A stretch of 64,000 nt of DNA from an uncultured Planctomycetota bacterium (GTDB lineage Bacteria; Planctomycetota; Planctomycetia; Isosphaerales; Isosphaeraceae), in the NCBI GenBank assembly GCA_963845755.1, contig CAWJTV010000041.1:704001-768000 (forward strand), in the 5' to 3' direction. How positions within the stretch are numbered: the first letter of the stretch is position 1; each line of letters opens with the position of its first letter. This document shows positions 22,946 through 33,136 of this stretch, one piece after another. The notes beneath the pieces were generated by a model. That model searched no databases. It was not told the DNA's origin and was given only the letters and a program-made list of their open reading frames with translations. Position numbers and translations under genes: made by a program.

Positions 22946-24223
22946 TCACCAGATCGTCATGGAATCCAGGAAGAGTTGCTTCAGCTCCGCTTCACTCGCG
23001 GGCCGGGGTGAGAGCTTGGTCACGCGGTGTTGCACGATCGTGCCGGCGACCAGAGCATCGGCATCCTCGGCGCGTACCCCACGGCCTTCAGCCCATTGGG
23101 CATACCGGTTTGCCGCATGATGGCGATGATCGCGCCGGCCAGGATCTCGCCCGCGTCTTCCGGGCGCACTCCGGCAACGTCCGCCCCCAATAGCCGGGCG
23201 GCCTCCAGGTGCCGATCGGGATCGGCCTGCGCGGTGAAGCGGAAGACCGCGGGGGAATTCAGGATCACCGACATCCCATGCGGAATCAGCGGCCGACGGG
23301 TGCGGTACCCTGCCGGGATAAAGTCCCGGACCATCCCCGAGACCGGGTAGGACATGCCGTGGGGCAGGTGCACGCCCGCGTTGCCGAATCCGATGCCCGC
23401 GAAGGTCGCCGCCAGGAGCATCGCGCCGCGTGCCTCGTCATCCGACGGATCCGTCGTCGTCCGGACCAGATACGCGCGCGACCATCTCGATCGCCCGCCT
23501 GGCCCAGATGTCGCTGATCGGGTTGGACCCCTGATATGCCGGCCGATGGGCGGGGCTCTCCGGGGCGGGCCGCTGGGAAAACGGCAAGGCGGTCAGAGAT
23601 TCGACGGCATGGCTCAGGACGTCCAGTCCCGCGCACGCGGCGACCTGCGGGGGCACGCCGCGGGTATTGTTCGGATCGACCACTCCCAGCACCGGCCGCA
23701 GGGCACGGTGAGCGATGCCCGTCTTGGCGTGCAGCGGGGTATAATCGAAGATGGCCACGCCGGTCGTCTCGCTTCCCGTCCCCCCCGTGGTGGGGACCGC
23801 GATGAGCGGTTTCAGTGCCCCCGGGACGGGCCTCCCCTTCCCCACCGGGGGATTGACATAGTCCAGCAGCTCCGCAGGATGGGTCGCGTACAGGTCGGCG
23901 GCCTTGGCCGTATCGATGCTGGAGCCGCCGCCGACGGCCACATAGCCGTCGAAACCGCCTTCGACCGCGAAGGCGATCGCTTCCTGAAACGAGCGGTCAG
24001 TGGGCTCGACCTCAACCCGATCGAACAGTACCGCATCGATCCCCGCCTCCCGCAGCGCATCGAGCACCAGCGAGACGGGCTCGGTTCCGGCCAGGTTCGG
24101 GTCGGTCACGACCATGACCCGCCGCGCCCCCCACCGACCCACGTCGTGCCCGATCTCGCGGGTAACGCCGGGGCCGTATTTGATGCTGGAGGTGTCCATC
24201 GTAAAGGCGGATTCCCTGCGCAT
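22946..24223 (-). CDS. hydroxyacid-oxoacid transhydrogenase (iron-containing ADH family; indels near 23472 and 23060)
   Basis: SSIKYGPGVTREIG, GGGSSIDTAKA, PTTGGTGSE, RPAYQGSNP, GFGNAGVHLPHGMSYP, ends LFLDSMTIW. Confidence 0.9.
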
Positions 24224-24697
24224 CGGCGAGACCTCCAATGAGTGGGCTCCGTTCGGGGCGTGGAAGGCCCGACGGGCACATCTCCTCGGCTTCGAAACCC
24301 GTTGCGAATCGACCCAGGATCACCATACCCCGAACGACGGTCCGATGCCATGGGCGTCCTACCACCGGAGCGACCGCTCGTCAATCGCCTCCCGGATTGC
24401 CGCCTGAAGAAGTCTTCGTCGGTTGAAGCCGACATATCTCGAGCTAAACACCAGCGACTCGCGCTGCGCGCAGCCGTCGGCATCGTGCCGGACCTTCCGT
24501 TCGGGGATCCGACGCGGATGCGAGTTTCCCGGCGAATCCGGTGAGCCTCACCTCGATGAATCGAAACTCGACCCACCCTACGACTACGCCCGTCCGGCGA
24601 CCTTGCCGTAGACCCTTCGAGTCGCTTCGTAGCACGGGTTGTATTCGACTTCCAGCGCACCCGCTGTCTGCAAAGGTGGAGTCGCGCTGATCTCCGA

Positions 24698-26197
24698 TCA
24701 ACGTGGCGTCGGGACCGCTTCGATATGGCCCTGCGAGGTCGGAGTCGCGGGCGAGCTCAGGCCATCCATCAGGAGCATCCCACCGATCTCGACCTCCGCC
24801 TTTCGGAGTTCCAGCAGCGATTCGATGTAATCCTCGCTGAGATCGAAATACATGCGCCGGGCCTCCAGCACGCGGGGCCACTCCGTCCGACGCTGGTGGT
24901 AGCTGGCCACGCGCATCTCGTAGGCCCGTCTCGCCATGGGAAGGCTCTCGGCGCGGAAGTCTCCGACCGACTGCGCGGCGTTTTGATAGCGAGTAAAGAC
25001 CTCGGCCAGCCGCTGGCGCAGTAATAGCCGGATCCGTTCATACTCGGCATGATCGCGCGACAGGTCGGACATCGCCTCGCGGATCGTCCCTTGGTTCCGG
25101 TTGAAGAGGGGCAGCGTGAAGCCGATCTGCACGCCCGCGGTCTGGACGCCGAACTCGTAGTTGTAACCGGTCACGCCTTGCACGAGGATATTCGGGATAG
25201 GCTCGACCCGTTCGCGTCGCACCATGATCTGATCGCGACGGATCTCCGACAGGGCCGCCTGGATCTCGGGGCTGCGGTGGAGCAGATCGGCCAGAGTCCC
25301 GTCGAAATCGAGCGGGCCGATCTCGGCCTCCAGCGGCCGAGGATCCAGCGCCGTCGGCCTCAACTCCGGCGCGCCGGCCACGGAGACCAGTTCTTCCCAG
25401 TCGCCCCGGTAGCGGTTCTCCGCATTGCGCACGGCCACGCCCTCGCGACGCTCGCGGACCCGCGCCTCGAGGAGATCCGGCTGGTTAGCCTGGCCGGCGT
25501 TCACCATTTCCCGCGTGGTCCGGACCAGGTCCTCGTCCAGTCGGAACATCTCGCGGTGGATCCCGATGATCCGCTGTGCGGCGAGGACTTCGAAGAACTG
25601 GATGCGGACGTTGTTGAGGACGCGCATCTCCTGCCCGATGGCCTGCCACCGCGCCGCATTGGCCTCCTCGGCAAACTTGGCGCGGCTGAGGCGGAGCTTG
25701 CCCGCGGTCACGATCTGCCACTGGATGAACGGGCCGATATTGTCGCCCGGCGAGGGTTTCCCCTTGACGGCGAATCCGTTGGCGGTGGGCCGGCTCTCCG
25801 TGAACGATCCGATCTGATCCTGCGTGTATCCGATGACCGGATTCGGATAGAGGCCCGCCTGCAACGACCGGTTCATCGTGGCTTCGAACTGGGCCATGGC
25901 CTGCTTCAAGGTCGGATTCCGCTGCATCGCGATCTGCTCGAAATCGGCCAGGCTCATCGCCGGCACGACCGCCGCGGGAGCGGGTGTGGAAGCGGAGGCT
26001 GCGGGGTGAGCATTCATCGCCGGCGATCGCGAGGGCATCGGCGAGCCCGGCATGGGTTGGCTCATCATGCCGGCCGGCATCCCCGATCGAGCCGCTTCAG
26101 CGTGCCCACCCATCTCCTGCCCGCGGGCCGTGGTCGACATGATGGCTGGTATCAGCCATGGCCAGAGGATTCGAAGGCAACATCTCAACCTGAGCAT
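24698..26197 (-). CDS. TolC-family outer-membrane protein with Met-rich N-terminus
   Basis: signal peptide, NPTLKQA, QAGLYPNP, TAGKLRL, LPLFNRNQG. Confidence 0.85.
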   Translation of the reverse strand: MLRLRCCLRILWPWLIPAIMSTTARGQEMGGHAEAARSGMPAGMMSQPMPGSPMPSRSPAMNAHPAASASTPAPAAVVPAMSLADFEQIAMQRNPTLKQAMAQFEATMNRSLQAGLYPNPVIGYTQDQIGSFTESRPTANGFAVKGKPSPGDNIGPFIQWQIVTAGKLRLSRAKFAEEANAARWQAIGQEMRVLNNVRIQFFEVLAAQRIIGIHREMFRLDEDLVRTTREMVNAGQANQPDLLEARVRERREGVAVRNAENRYRGDWEELVSVAGAPELRPTALDPRPLEAEIGPLDFDGTLADLLHRSPEIQAALSEIRRDQIMVRRERVEPIPNILVQGVTGYNYEFGVQTAGVQIGFTLPLFNRNQGTIREAMSDLSRDHAEYERIRLLLRQRLAEVFTRYQNAAQSVGDFRAESLPMARRAYEMRVASYHQRRTEWPRVLEARRMYFDLSEDYIESLLELRKAEVEIGGMLLMDGLSSPATPTSQGHIEAVPTPR

Positions 26198-26336
26198 GGT
26201 CGGCTCCTGGACCGGCTCGCTTCCTCCACGCCGGCAGACCTCCGATGTTATCGACCGCGCGGCAATCTCCCCTTTTTCCTTTTTTGCGGGAATTGCCCGG
26301 CCTCCGATCTCGACCGATTTCGCCGATTTGTCGATT

Positions 26337-27707
26337 TCAATCGCGATCCTTGCCCATCTTCTTCCGGAGAGGAATAGGCCCGAAAATGCTCGACCCCGGC
26401 GGCAGAGGCTCGTTGCCGGACATGACCTTGTCGTAGAGGTTCGGAGGCAGGACGCGGACGACCGTCGTGAGGCCCTTGACGTGCGACCAGTCCCGGCGCA
26501 TTCCGCGCGACTCGCGTTTGGCCAGGGGCCCGGTGTCATCCTCGGGGACCGACATGCCCATCTCCATGGACATGCCGCCCTCCATGTTCTGGGGGAAGCC
26601 CGGCACGGCCGCGCGGGGATCGTCCAGCGGCACGCGCATCATCGGGCCCGCCATCGAGATCATGTGGTTCATCGTATGATGGAACATGTGGCAGTGCATG
26701 ATCCAGTCGCCGGGGTTGTTCGCGATGAACTCGACGTCGCGCGCCTGGGCCACGCCGATCAGCACGTTATTGCCCGGGATCCAGCCCGATTCCGGGATGC
26801 GGCCCCCCTCGGTCCCCGTGACCCACCAGGTGTGGCCGTGCAGGTGGATCGGGTGATGATTGGCCGTGCTGAAGTTCACCAGCCGGAGCCGGACCCGGTG
26901 TCCCAGTTTGACCACGATCGGCGTGGTCAGCGGTGCGCAGCGGCCGTTGAATGTCAGGAAGTTGAATTCCATCCCCTGGCTGTTGGGGATCGTGGTATTG
27001 GGCAAGATCTGGAATTCCTGCGTGATCAGGCCGAAGTCCTGGTCGACGACCGGCTCGTAGGTCTCCTTGGGATGAATGATGAACAGGCCGACCATGCCCA
27101 TCGCTTCCTGCATGGCGACATGAGCATGGTAGAAGAACGTGCCGTGCTGGTGGAGTGTGAACTCGTAGACGAATGCCTCGCCGGGTGGGATGAAGTCCTG
27201 TACCAGGCCGGGCACGCCGTCCTGGCTGACGGGGATCTCCAGGCTGTGCCAGTGAATCGAGGTGAACTCGGGAAGCCGGTTCTCGACGATGATCCGCACC
27301 CGGTCCCCCTGGTTCACCTCAATCATCGGGCCGGGCATCGTGCCGTTGAAGCCCCAGACGTCCACCTCGAGGTGCGGGAGGAACTCTCGCTTCACGGGCA
27401 TCGCGATGAGATGGAACTCCTTGGCGCCGTCGCGGAACGTCCAGGGGAGCTTGGCCAGGTCGGGTACGTCAACCGACACGGGCGGCAGCCCCGGCTTTCG
27501 CAGGCCGGGGACGAGCTTGCCCCGGTCGGTCGGGCTGCCGACCGGCCCGCCCGGGCCGGGGCGTTCCCGAGGATAATCCGTGTGAGGATTCGGCGCCTGA
27601 GGCGGTTCGGCGGCACGCGCCGGACTGTCGGCTCCGACGGCCCTCAAGCCGGCCGCGACTACCGGACCGGTCCCCAGGAACTCACGACGCGTGCTCGGTT
27701 GGTCCAC
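26337..27707 (-). CDS. Tat-exported two-domain multicopper oxidase
   Basis: TRREFLG; IHWHS, FYHAH, HPIHLHGH, HCHMFHH; GTG start with GGAGG RBS. Confidence 0.9.
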   Translation of the reverse strand: MDQPSTRREFLGTGPVVAAGLRAVGADSPARAAEPPQAPNPHTDYPRERPGPGGPVGSPTDRGKLVPGLRKPGLPPVSVDVPDLAKLPWTFRDGAKEFHLIAMPVKREFLPHLEVDVWGFNGTMPGPMIEVNQGDRVRIIVENRLPEFTSIHWHSLEIPVSQDGVPGLVQDFIPPGEAFVYEFTLHQHGTFFYHAHVAMQEAMGMVGLFIIHPKETYEPVVDQDFGLITQEFQILPNTTIPNSQGMEFNFLTFNGRCAPLTTPIVVKLGHRVRLRLVNFSTANHHPIHLHGHTWWVTGTEGGRIPESGWIPGNNVLIGVAQARDVEFIANNPGDWIMHCHMFHHTMNHMISMAGPMMRVPLDDPRAAVPGFPQNMEGGMSMEMGMSVPEDDTGPLAKRESRGMRRDWSHVKGLTTVVRVLPPNLYDKVMSGNEPLPPGSSIFGPIPLRKKMGKDRD

Positions 27708-27887
27708 GATCGGGCCTCCAGGATTGACTCGGATGCGTTCGAGATCATTGGCCCCATTCCGGAGACCACGACAATTATTCCACACGAGCATGCCGCGGGC
27801 GTGGGATCGTCCATTGGCCCGAGATGCCCCGTCGCCCATCCGCGGATCTCCGACGGAATCCCCAGTGAACTGACCGGAATGCCTGCC

Positions 27888-27932
27888 ATCACCAAGATTA
27901 TCCGATATCCCTGGTATCGGATTCCTGGTGAT
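27888..27932. promoter_or_regulatory. inverted repeat in the divergent MCO/Crp intergenic region
   Basis: ATCACCA..ATCCGATA-TCCCTGG-TATCGGAT..TGGTGAT. Confidence 0.4.
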
Positions 27933-27974
27933 CCGCACTGGATGCTTGCTCTCCAACGAACGATGAGGGTCACG

Positions 27975-28652
27975 ATGCTGCTGAAAACCGAGTGGGTCGA
28001 GCGGTTTATTGGGGCCTGCGCTAAGGTGCGATTGGCGCGTCGACGGGCCCTGACCGGCGGGCATTTGATCTACTCGACCATTCCCGAGGGGCGATGCTGG
28101 GTGGTGACGACCGGCTACGTCAAGCTGATCGAGCCCCGTGCCGACGGCAATCGCTTCGTCCGGCTGATCCTGGGCCGCGGCGGTCTCTTCGGGGATCGGC
28201 CGTTCGGGGCGGGCGCGTTCCGCGGGTTCGCCTCGCCCCAGCACGAACAGGCCGTCGCCCACGGTCCCGCGGTGGTGCTCGAACTGGATCGCGAGGACCT
28301 CGAGGCTGCGGCGAACGCCCAGGCCGAGGTCGCCACCCTGCTGCTCGAATCGGTGACCACCCGCGCGCAGTTTCTCGAGCGCCGGCTGCTCTGGCAATTC
28401 ACCACACCGATCCGGTCCCGGCTGGCTGCCGCACTTCGGGACCTGATCTGCTACGAGGGCGGGCGCTGCCGGCACGGCCACACGATCGACGTCCGACTGA
28501 GCCACCAGGACCTGGCGGAACTCGTCGGCGCGGCACGCCCGGTGGTTAGCGCCGAACTGGTCCAGATGCGGCGCGAGGGATTGGTCGAGTACACGCGATG
28601 CTACTTCTGCGTGGACGACCTTGCCGGTCTGGACCGCGTCGCCGCCGGGTAG
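27975..28652 (+). CDS. Crp/Fnr-family transcriptional regulator
   Basis: GYVKL, ILGRGGLFGD cNMP-like barrel; LSHQDLAELVGAARPVVS HTH. Confidence 0.88.
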   Translation: MLLKTEWVERFIGACAKVRLARRRALTGGHLIYSTIPEGRCWVVTTGYVKLIEPRADGNRFVRLILGRGGLFGDRPFGAGAFRGFASPQHEQAVAHGPAVVLELDREDLEAAANAQAEVATLLLESVTTRAQFLERRLLWQFTTPIRSRLAAALRDLICYEGGRCRHGHTIDVRLSHQDLAELVGAARPVVSAELVQMRREGLVEYTRCYFCVDDLAGLDRVAAG

Positions 28653-28786
28653 GGAGCGCCCGCTGGATACGGGGACTGGACGCCGTGGAGGAACTGCCAC
28701 TCCATTCGGGTTATTGGTTACAGACGGAGTCAACTGGGCTGACGAGTCGTTCACGCTCGGAAGGGATGGTTTTCCGGGCCACCGCC

Positions 28787-31700
28787 TCATGCATTCGTCG
28801 CTCGATTGATGGCGGCCTCGACCTCGTTCCAGAGGGCGAGCCATTCCTCTCGTTCCTCGACGGACAACCATTTCATCGCGCCCGGGATGCGCAGCCCTGC
28901 CAGGTCCGGATCGGCCAGCCAACGAGTTAACCTGAGCCCGACCACAATGCGGTCCCACTCGCGGCTGCTTTCCATCTTCCTGGACCAGGCGGCAAGATCG
29001 CGTTTCAGCCACGCGAGCGCCTGCATCCGCCAGCGCGCTTGCTCCTCCTGGGTGAGACTGCCCGCATCTTCGCCTTGGCCGCGGCCGGCCAGGGAGGCCG
29101 CGCGGGCGGCGTCATAGCGGGTTCCGGCTACGACATCATTGGCAATTTGAGGGTCTACGGCGAAGGCATCGGCGTAGAGGCGGGACAAGGCGTGAGTACG
29201 ATTCGTGTACTGGCAGGCCCCGAGCAGGGCGAGCTGCTCGTCGTGGTCCCGGGGTTGGTACTTCCCGGCCAGGAAGGCCGGCAGGCCCGGCAGAATCATG
29301 CGCTCGGCCTCGCGACGGAGCACGTGCCGGAGCCAGGCGTCCTGGGTTGTCACTGTCTGTGGCCTCCAGTCGTAATACAGGACGGCCCTCGCGAGCGACT
29401 TACGAGCTTCCGCGCTCTGGCCACTCCGATGCAGGGCCATCGCGAGAACGAGTCCGGGGCCTGGACCACCCACCTGGGATGCATCTCCGCGCATGGTGGA
29501 GATCGCCCGATCGAAACGTCCTTGTCGGTATTCCGCAAGACCCTTGACGAACGGGAATAAGGGTTCCACGCGTGGGTAATCTGAGGGTTGAACACCCACA
29601 GCGAGCTCAGCGAGCTCGGCGGCCTGGCGCAGCTCGCCTTCCGGCGCGGGCCCGAGCAAACATGCCAGAGCGGTCCTCTGCGCGACGATCGGGTCGGTAC
29701 TCGCGCCGAACTTCGCGAGCAAGGCCTGCCGGGCGCGGCGGTATTCGTCTTCCTGGCCGAGGAAGAGGCAGAACTCGGCGTACCCGTACCAGACGTCGTG
29801 CCGGGACGGCTTGACCTCGAGAGTCGTCTGCCAGGCGACCCTCGCCTCGTCGCCCCGACCCAGCCGCGTCAGGAGGCTTCGCAGCACGTGTTGCCTTAAC
29901 GGGTTTTCCGGGGCGAGGGCGGCGGCCTTTCGTTCCGGGATGAGCGCCTCGAGGAGCTGGCCCTTCTCGGCCAGATAATGGCCGAGCACGGCGTAGAGAA
30001 TTGAAGCATTGGGGCTGGAGCCGATGGCCACCTGGAGCCGATCGATAGCTTCGTCTTGGCGGCCCAGGTCCCCGAGGGCCTGGGCGAGGCCCATATAGCT
30101 GAAGACGCCCGTCGGCTCGAGGTTCACGGCCTCCAGGAACGGGCCAATGGCCTCCTTCTTCCGCCCGGCCATCGACAGCGCCTGAGCAAGCTTCTCGTAG
30201 CCGAGGGGCATCCGCGGACGAATGGACACCGACGCTTGATAGTAGCGGATCGCCTCCTTCACCCGACCCTCTCGCATCAGCACGTCGCCGAGTGTCAGAT
30301 TGGCCCAGTAATCACCGGGATGCGCCTGCTGGATTCGATTCAGAAAGGGGAGCCGCTCCTTACTGCCGGGGTTTAATTGCTTGTCGAGCGCCAGGAAGAG
30401 CGGCACGGACTGGTCGGCAACCGGGGTGGTCCTGATCAGCTCGACGAGCGCCTTTTCGTGCGCCCGGACGACGGGATCGCGGGCACGATCGCGCCAGCCC
30501 GTCGGATCCCGGTCCGCCTTCCGCGCGACTGCCAGCACCCAATCCTTGTGGCGCGGGTCTTTGGTAAGAGCGGACCAGTGATCCAGCGCAGCCACCAGCG
30601 CGTTGGGGATGTTCGAGGCCCGAACCCGCGCCGCGACCACGTCCGGGGCGTCATCGACTTGCCCGATCCCGGTCTCGCGAAAAGTCTTCTCATACTGTTC
30701 GGAGGTTCGCGCGACCAGGTGTCCCAGGACCGCGCGGGCCACATCCAGGCGGATCTCCTCCAGCCGGTCCACCAACTCCAGGTCGCGGTCGCCCTGGTCG
30801 AGGAGGCGGACCAATTCGGCCGATCCACGGTTGCCCAACCGGCCCTTGGCCCGCTCCATCGCGGCGCGTGCCTCGGGCCATGAAGACTTCTCCAGAAACC
30901 GGGCCATGTCCCGGAGGTCTTCCCCCGCCTCCCGCTCCTTGGCGATCCGCTCGGTTTCAGCCTTTCGTGCGACCGCCGCCCGATCGGAGATCAGCCACAG
31001 TGCGCCGCCGAGCAGGGCAACCGTGAAGAGCGTGCCGACTGCAACCGACGCCGTAAGCACCGGCCGCCTGCGGACCCGCCGCGCCAGCCATGCCAAGCGG
31101 CCATCCGGCCGCGCCGCGATCGCCTCCCCGCCAAGGAAGCGGCGAAGGTCCGCCGCCAGCGCCGCCGCGCCGGCGTAGCGGAGATGCGGCTCCTTGTGCA
31201 GGCATTTGAGGCAGATGGTTTCCAGGTCACGGGGCACCTTACTGTTGAGCCGCGACGGAAGCACCGGATCCTGCGAGATCACCTGTCGGACGGTCTCCGC
31301 CGCCGTCTGCGCCCGGAACGGCGGTCGGCCTGTCAGCAGTTCGTAAAGGATCGCACCCAACGCATAAATATCGACGGCGGGTCCGCACGTAAACGGTCTG
31401 GCTTCGGCTTGCTCGGGGGCCATGTAGCTCGGCGTCCCGACCGTCGTACCGGTCAAGGTGAGGCCCGCCTCACCATCCAGCCGTCGGGCCAGCCCGAAGT
31501 CGCTGATCTTGGGTGTGCCGTCGGCGGTGAGGAGGATGTTCGCCGGCTTCAGGTCGCGATGCACGATCCCGCTCTGGTGGGCCGCCTCGACGGCCTGGGC
31601 CAAAGTCGCCACCAACGTGGCAGCCTGGCGCGACGGCTGGGGCGTGCCCGCCAGTTTCTGGGCCAGGTTGCCCCCCTCGACGAACTCCATGGTGAAGTAG

Positions 31701-32158
31701 GGCTGGCCGTCGTGCTCGCCCATGTCGTGGACCTGAACGATATTCGGATGCCGCAATCCGGCCACCGCCTTGGCTTCCCGCAAGAAGCGTGCTCGAGACT
31801 CCGGACTGGCGTGCGCACCAGTAAGCAGCATCTTGAGGGCGACGGAGCGGTTGAGGCGCACGTGCCGGGCCCTGTAGACGATGCCCATGCCGCCGTGGCC
31901 CAGCACCTCCTGAGCTTCATGACCTGGGATCTGGGGAAGATCGGCTGAGGGCTGCATCGACGATGGGTTGCCGAATGGCGAGTTCGACTCCGACACCGGG
32001 AAAAGCGCATCCAGGTGGGCATCACAGGCGCATTTTCGCTCCCAACGCTCACGGACCTTGGGCAGCAACTCGGGGCAATGGCGGCATACCTCTTCGGGTG
32101 TATGCTCCGAGTCCAGGAGTTGTTCGAGCAGTTGCCCAACGCGCGGGTCGCTGTCCAT
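28787..32158 (-). CDS. Hanks-type Ser/Thr kinase with TM helix and TPR repeats
   Basis: LGHGGMGIVY, VALK, HRDLKPAN, DFGLA, GTPSYMAPEQ; TM; TPR-like helices. Confidence 0.93.
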   Translation of the reverse strand: MDSDPRVGQLLEQLLDSEHTPEEVCRHCPELLPKVRERWERKCACDAHLDALFPVSESNSPFGNPSSMQPSADLPQIPGHEAQEVLGHGGMGIVYRARHVRLNRSVALKMLLTGAHASPESRARFLREAKAVAGLRHPNIVQVHDMGEHDGQPYFTMEFVEGGNLAQKLAGTPQPSRQAATLVATLAQAVEAAHQSGIVHRDLKPANILLTADGTPKISDFGLARRLDGEAGLTLTGTTVGTPSYMAPEQAEARPFTCGPAVDIYALGAILYELLTGRPPFRAQTAAETVRQVISQDPVLPSRLNSKVPRDLETICLKCLHKEPHLRYAGAAALAADLRRFLGGEAIAARPDGRLAWLARRVRRRPVLTASVAVGTLFTVALLGGALWLISDRAAVARKAETERIAKEREAGEDLRDMARFLEKSSWPEARAAMERAKGRLGNRGSAELVRLLDQGDRDLELVDRLEEIRLDVARAVLGHLVARTSEQYEKTFRETGIGQVDDAPDVVAARVRASNIPNALVAALDHWSALTKDPRHKDWVLAVARKADRDPTGWRDRARDPVVRAHEKALVELIRTTPVADQSVPLFLALDKQLNPGSKERLPFLNRIQQAHPGDYWANLTLGDVLMREGRVKEAIRYYQASVSIRPRMPLGYEKLAQALSMAGRKKEAIGPFLEAVNLEPTGVFSYMGLAQALGDLGRQDEAIDRLQVAIGSSPNASILYAVLGHYLAEKGQLLEALIPERKAAALAPENPLRQHVLRSLLTRLGRGDEARVAWQTTLEVKPSRHDVWYGYAEFCLFLGQEDEYRRARQALLAKFGASTDPIVAQRTALACLLGPAPEGELRQAAELAELAVGVQPSDYPRVEPLFPFVKGLAEYRQGRFDRAISTMRGDASQVGGPGPGLVLAMALHRSGQSAEARKSLARAVLYYDWRPQTVTTQDAWLRHVLRREAERMILPGLPAFLAGKYQPRDHDEQLALLGACQYTNRTHALSRLYADAFAVDPQIANDVVAGTRYDAARAASLAGRGQGEDAGSLTQEEQARWRMQALAWLKRDLAAWSRKMESSREWDRIVVGLRLTRWLADPDLAGLRIPGAMKWLSVEEREEWLALWNEVEAAINRATNA

Positions 32159-32228
32159 TGGGTGTCTCCAGCCGGTGATGCCGGGATTGGCTATTGAAAC
32201 TCAACTGACTCGTCGCCCGTCCACTCAT

Positions 32229-32852
32229 TCATGCCGGAGTCGGTGCCCGCGGTCCCCTTAGCGGCGGCAGATTGTCCAGTTCCTCCGCCAGCAAGAGGCT
32301 GGCCCGATTCAGACGCCGCTGCACTGTCTTGGTCGAGACGTCCAGAACTTCGGCGGCTTCGGTGTGGGTCAACCCCTGCAGGCGCACCAGGCCGAACACT
32401 TCGCGCTCATCCTCCGGCAGATTGTCGATCGCCTCCAACATTCGCCGTCCGTCCGGCGTGATCCCGGAATCGCTGCTGGCCGGGGCAGGCACAAATCCTT
32501 CGCGCAATTCCACCACGGCAGGCTGTTCATCTAAGCGGCGGGCCAGGTCATTGAGCTGCCAGCGCATATGTTGGTTGGCCATCGCAAAGAACTGGCGCAC
32601 AGTTTGGGGACGAATCGCACGCATGGCTTTGAGCAACCCCTCCACCACGCCGCCGAGCATTTCCGCGGTCTCCAGATTCACCGGCGGCCCGCTCAATCGT
32701 GGGTAACTGCGGTGCAGCATGTTGGCGCATAGCCTCTCCAGCCGGTGAACGGCCCGGTCCAACAACTCCCGGACAATCGGCTCGGCCGGCGCATCCCCGG
32801 CCAGGGCGTTCAGATAGCGCTGCACGGCAGCGGTGGTGGGTTCTTCATTCAC
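32229..32852 (-). CDS. ECF sigma-70 factor paired with the downstream kinase
   Basis: TTAAVQRYL; QFFAMANQHMRWQLNDLARR; LPEDEREVFGLVRLQGLTHTEAAEVLDVSTKTVQRRL. Confidence 0.88.
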   Translation of the reverse strand: MNEEPTTAAVQRYLNALAGDAPAEPIVRELLDRAVHRLERLCANMLHRSYPRLSGPPVNLETAEMLGGVVEGLLKAMRAIRPQTVRQFFAMANQHMRWQLNDLARRLDEQPAVVELREGFVPAPASSDSGITPDGRRMLEAIDNLPEDEREVFGLVRLQGLTHTEAAEVLDVSTKTVQRRLNRASLLLAEELDNLPPLRGPRAPTPA

Positions 32853-33021
32853 GATGATCAACCCTCTTCGAGGTGCCATCCGAAACCGATTTTATCGGGT
32901 CCCGTGTCCACCTGCCACTCTCAGTAGGTTGGCCGGGGATATGACCGCAATCGCCCTGGTGCGGAACGCCGAGGGTTGTCTGCGACAGGCTGCATTGGTG
33001 TGGAGAGGGGTCTTTAGGGCT

Positions 33022-33037
33022 TGTCATCCGGATGACA
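33022..33037. promoter_or_regulatory. perfect 16 bp palindrome TGTCA-N6-TGACA between ECF sigma and P460 genes
   Basis: TGTCATCCGGATGACA. Confidence 0.4.
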
Positions 33038-33136
33038 GATCGGCGTCCCGAAGCCGGTTAGCATCTCAACCCGGTGATCAGTCGCAAGTGGACAAAGGAA
33101 CGACATCACTTTCCCCGAAATCGAGGAGATCGCACC

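Noticed and set aside
24240..24690. att site or integrase remnant at the left edge of the accessory region
   Set aside because: No tRNA, integrase or direct repeat matching the 48140-48240 side could be seen.
26337..27707. Copper nitrite reductase (nirK) completing a nitrogen pathway with P460
   Set aside because: The motifs (HWH, HAH, HPIHLHGH, HCH) fit a two-domain MCO with trinuclear-site ligands; NirK's domain-1 YHC type-1 site is absent.
27708..29012. Long N-terminal extension of the multicopper oxidase ORF (26337..29012)
   Set aside because: It overlaps the Crp gene antisense; the Tat motif and RBS place the start at 27707.
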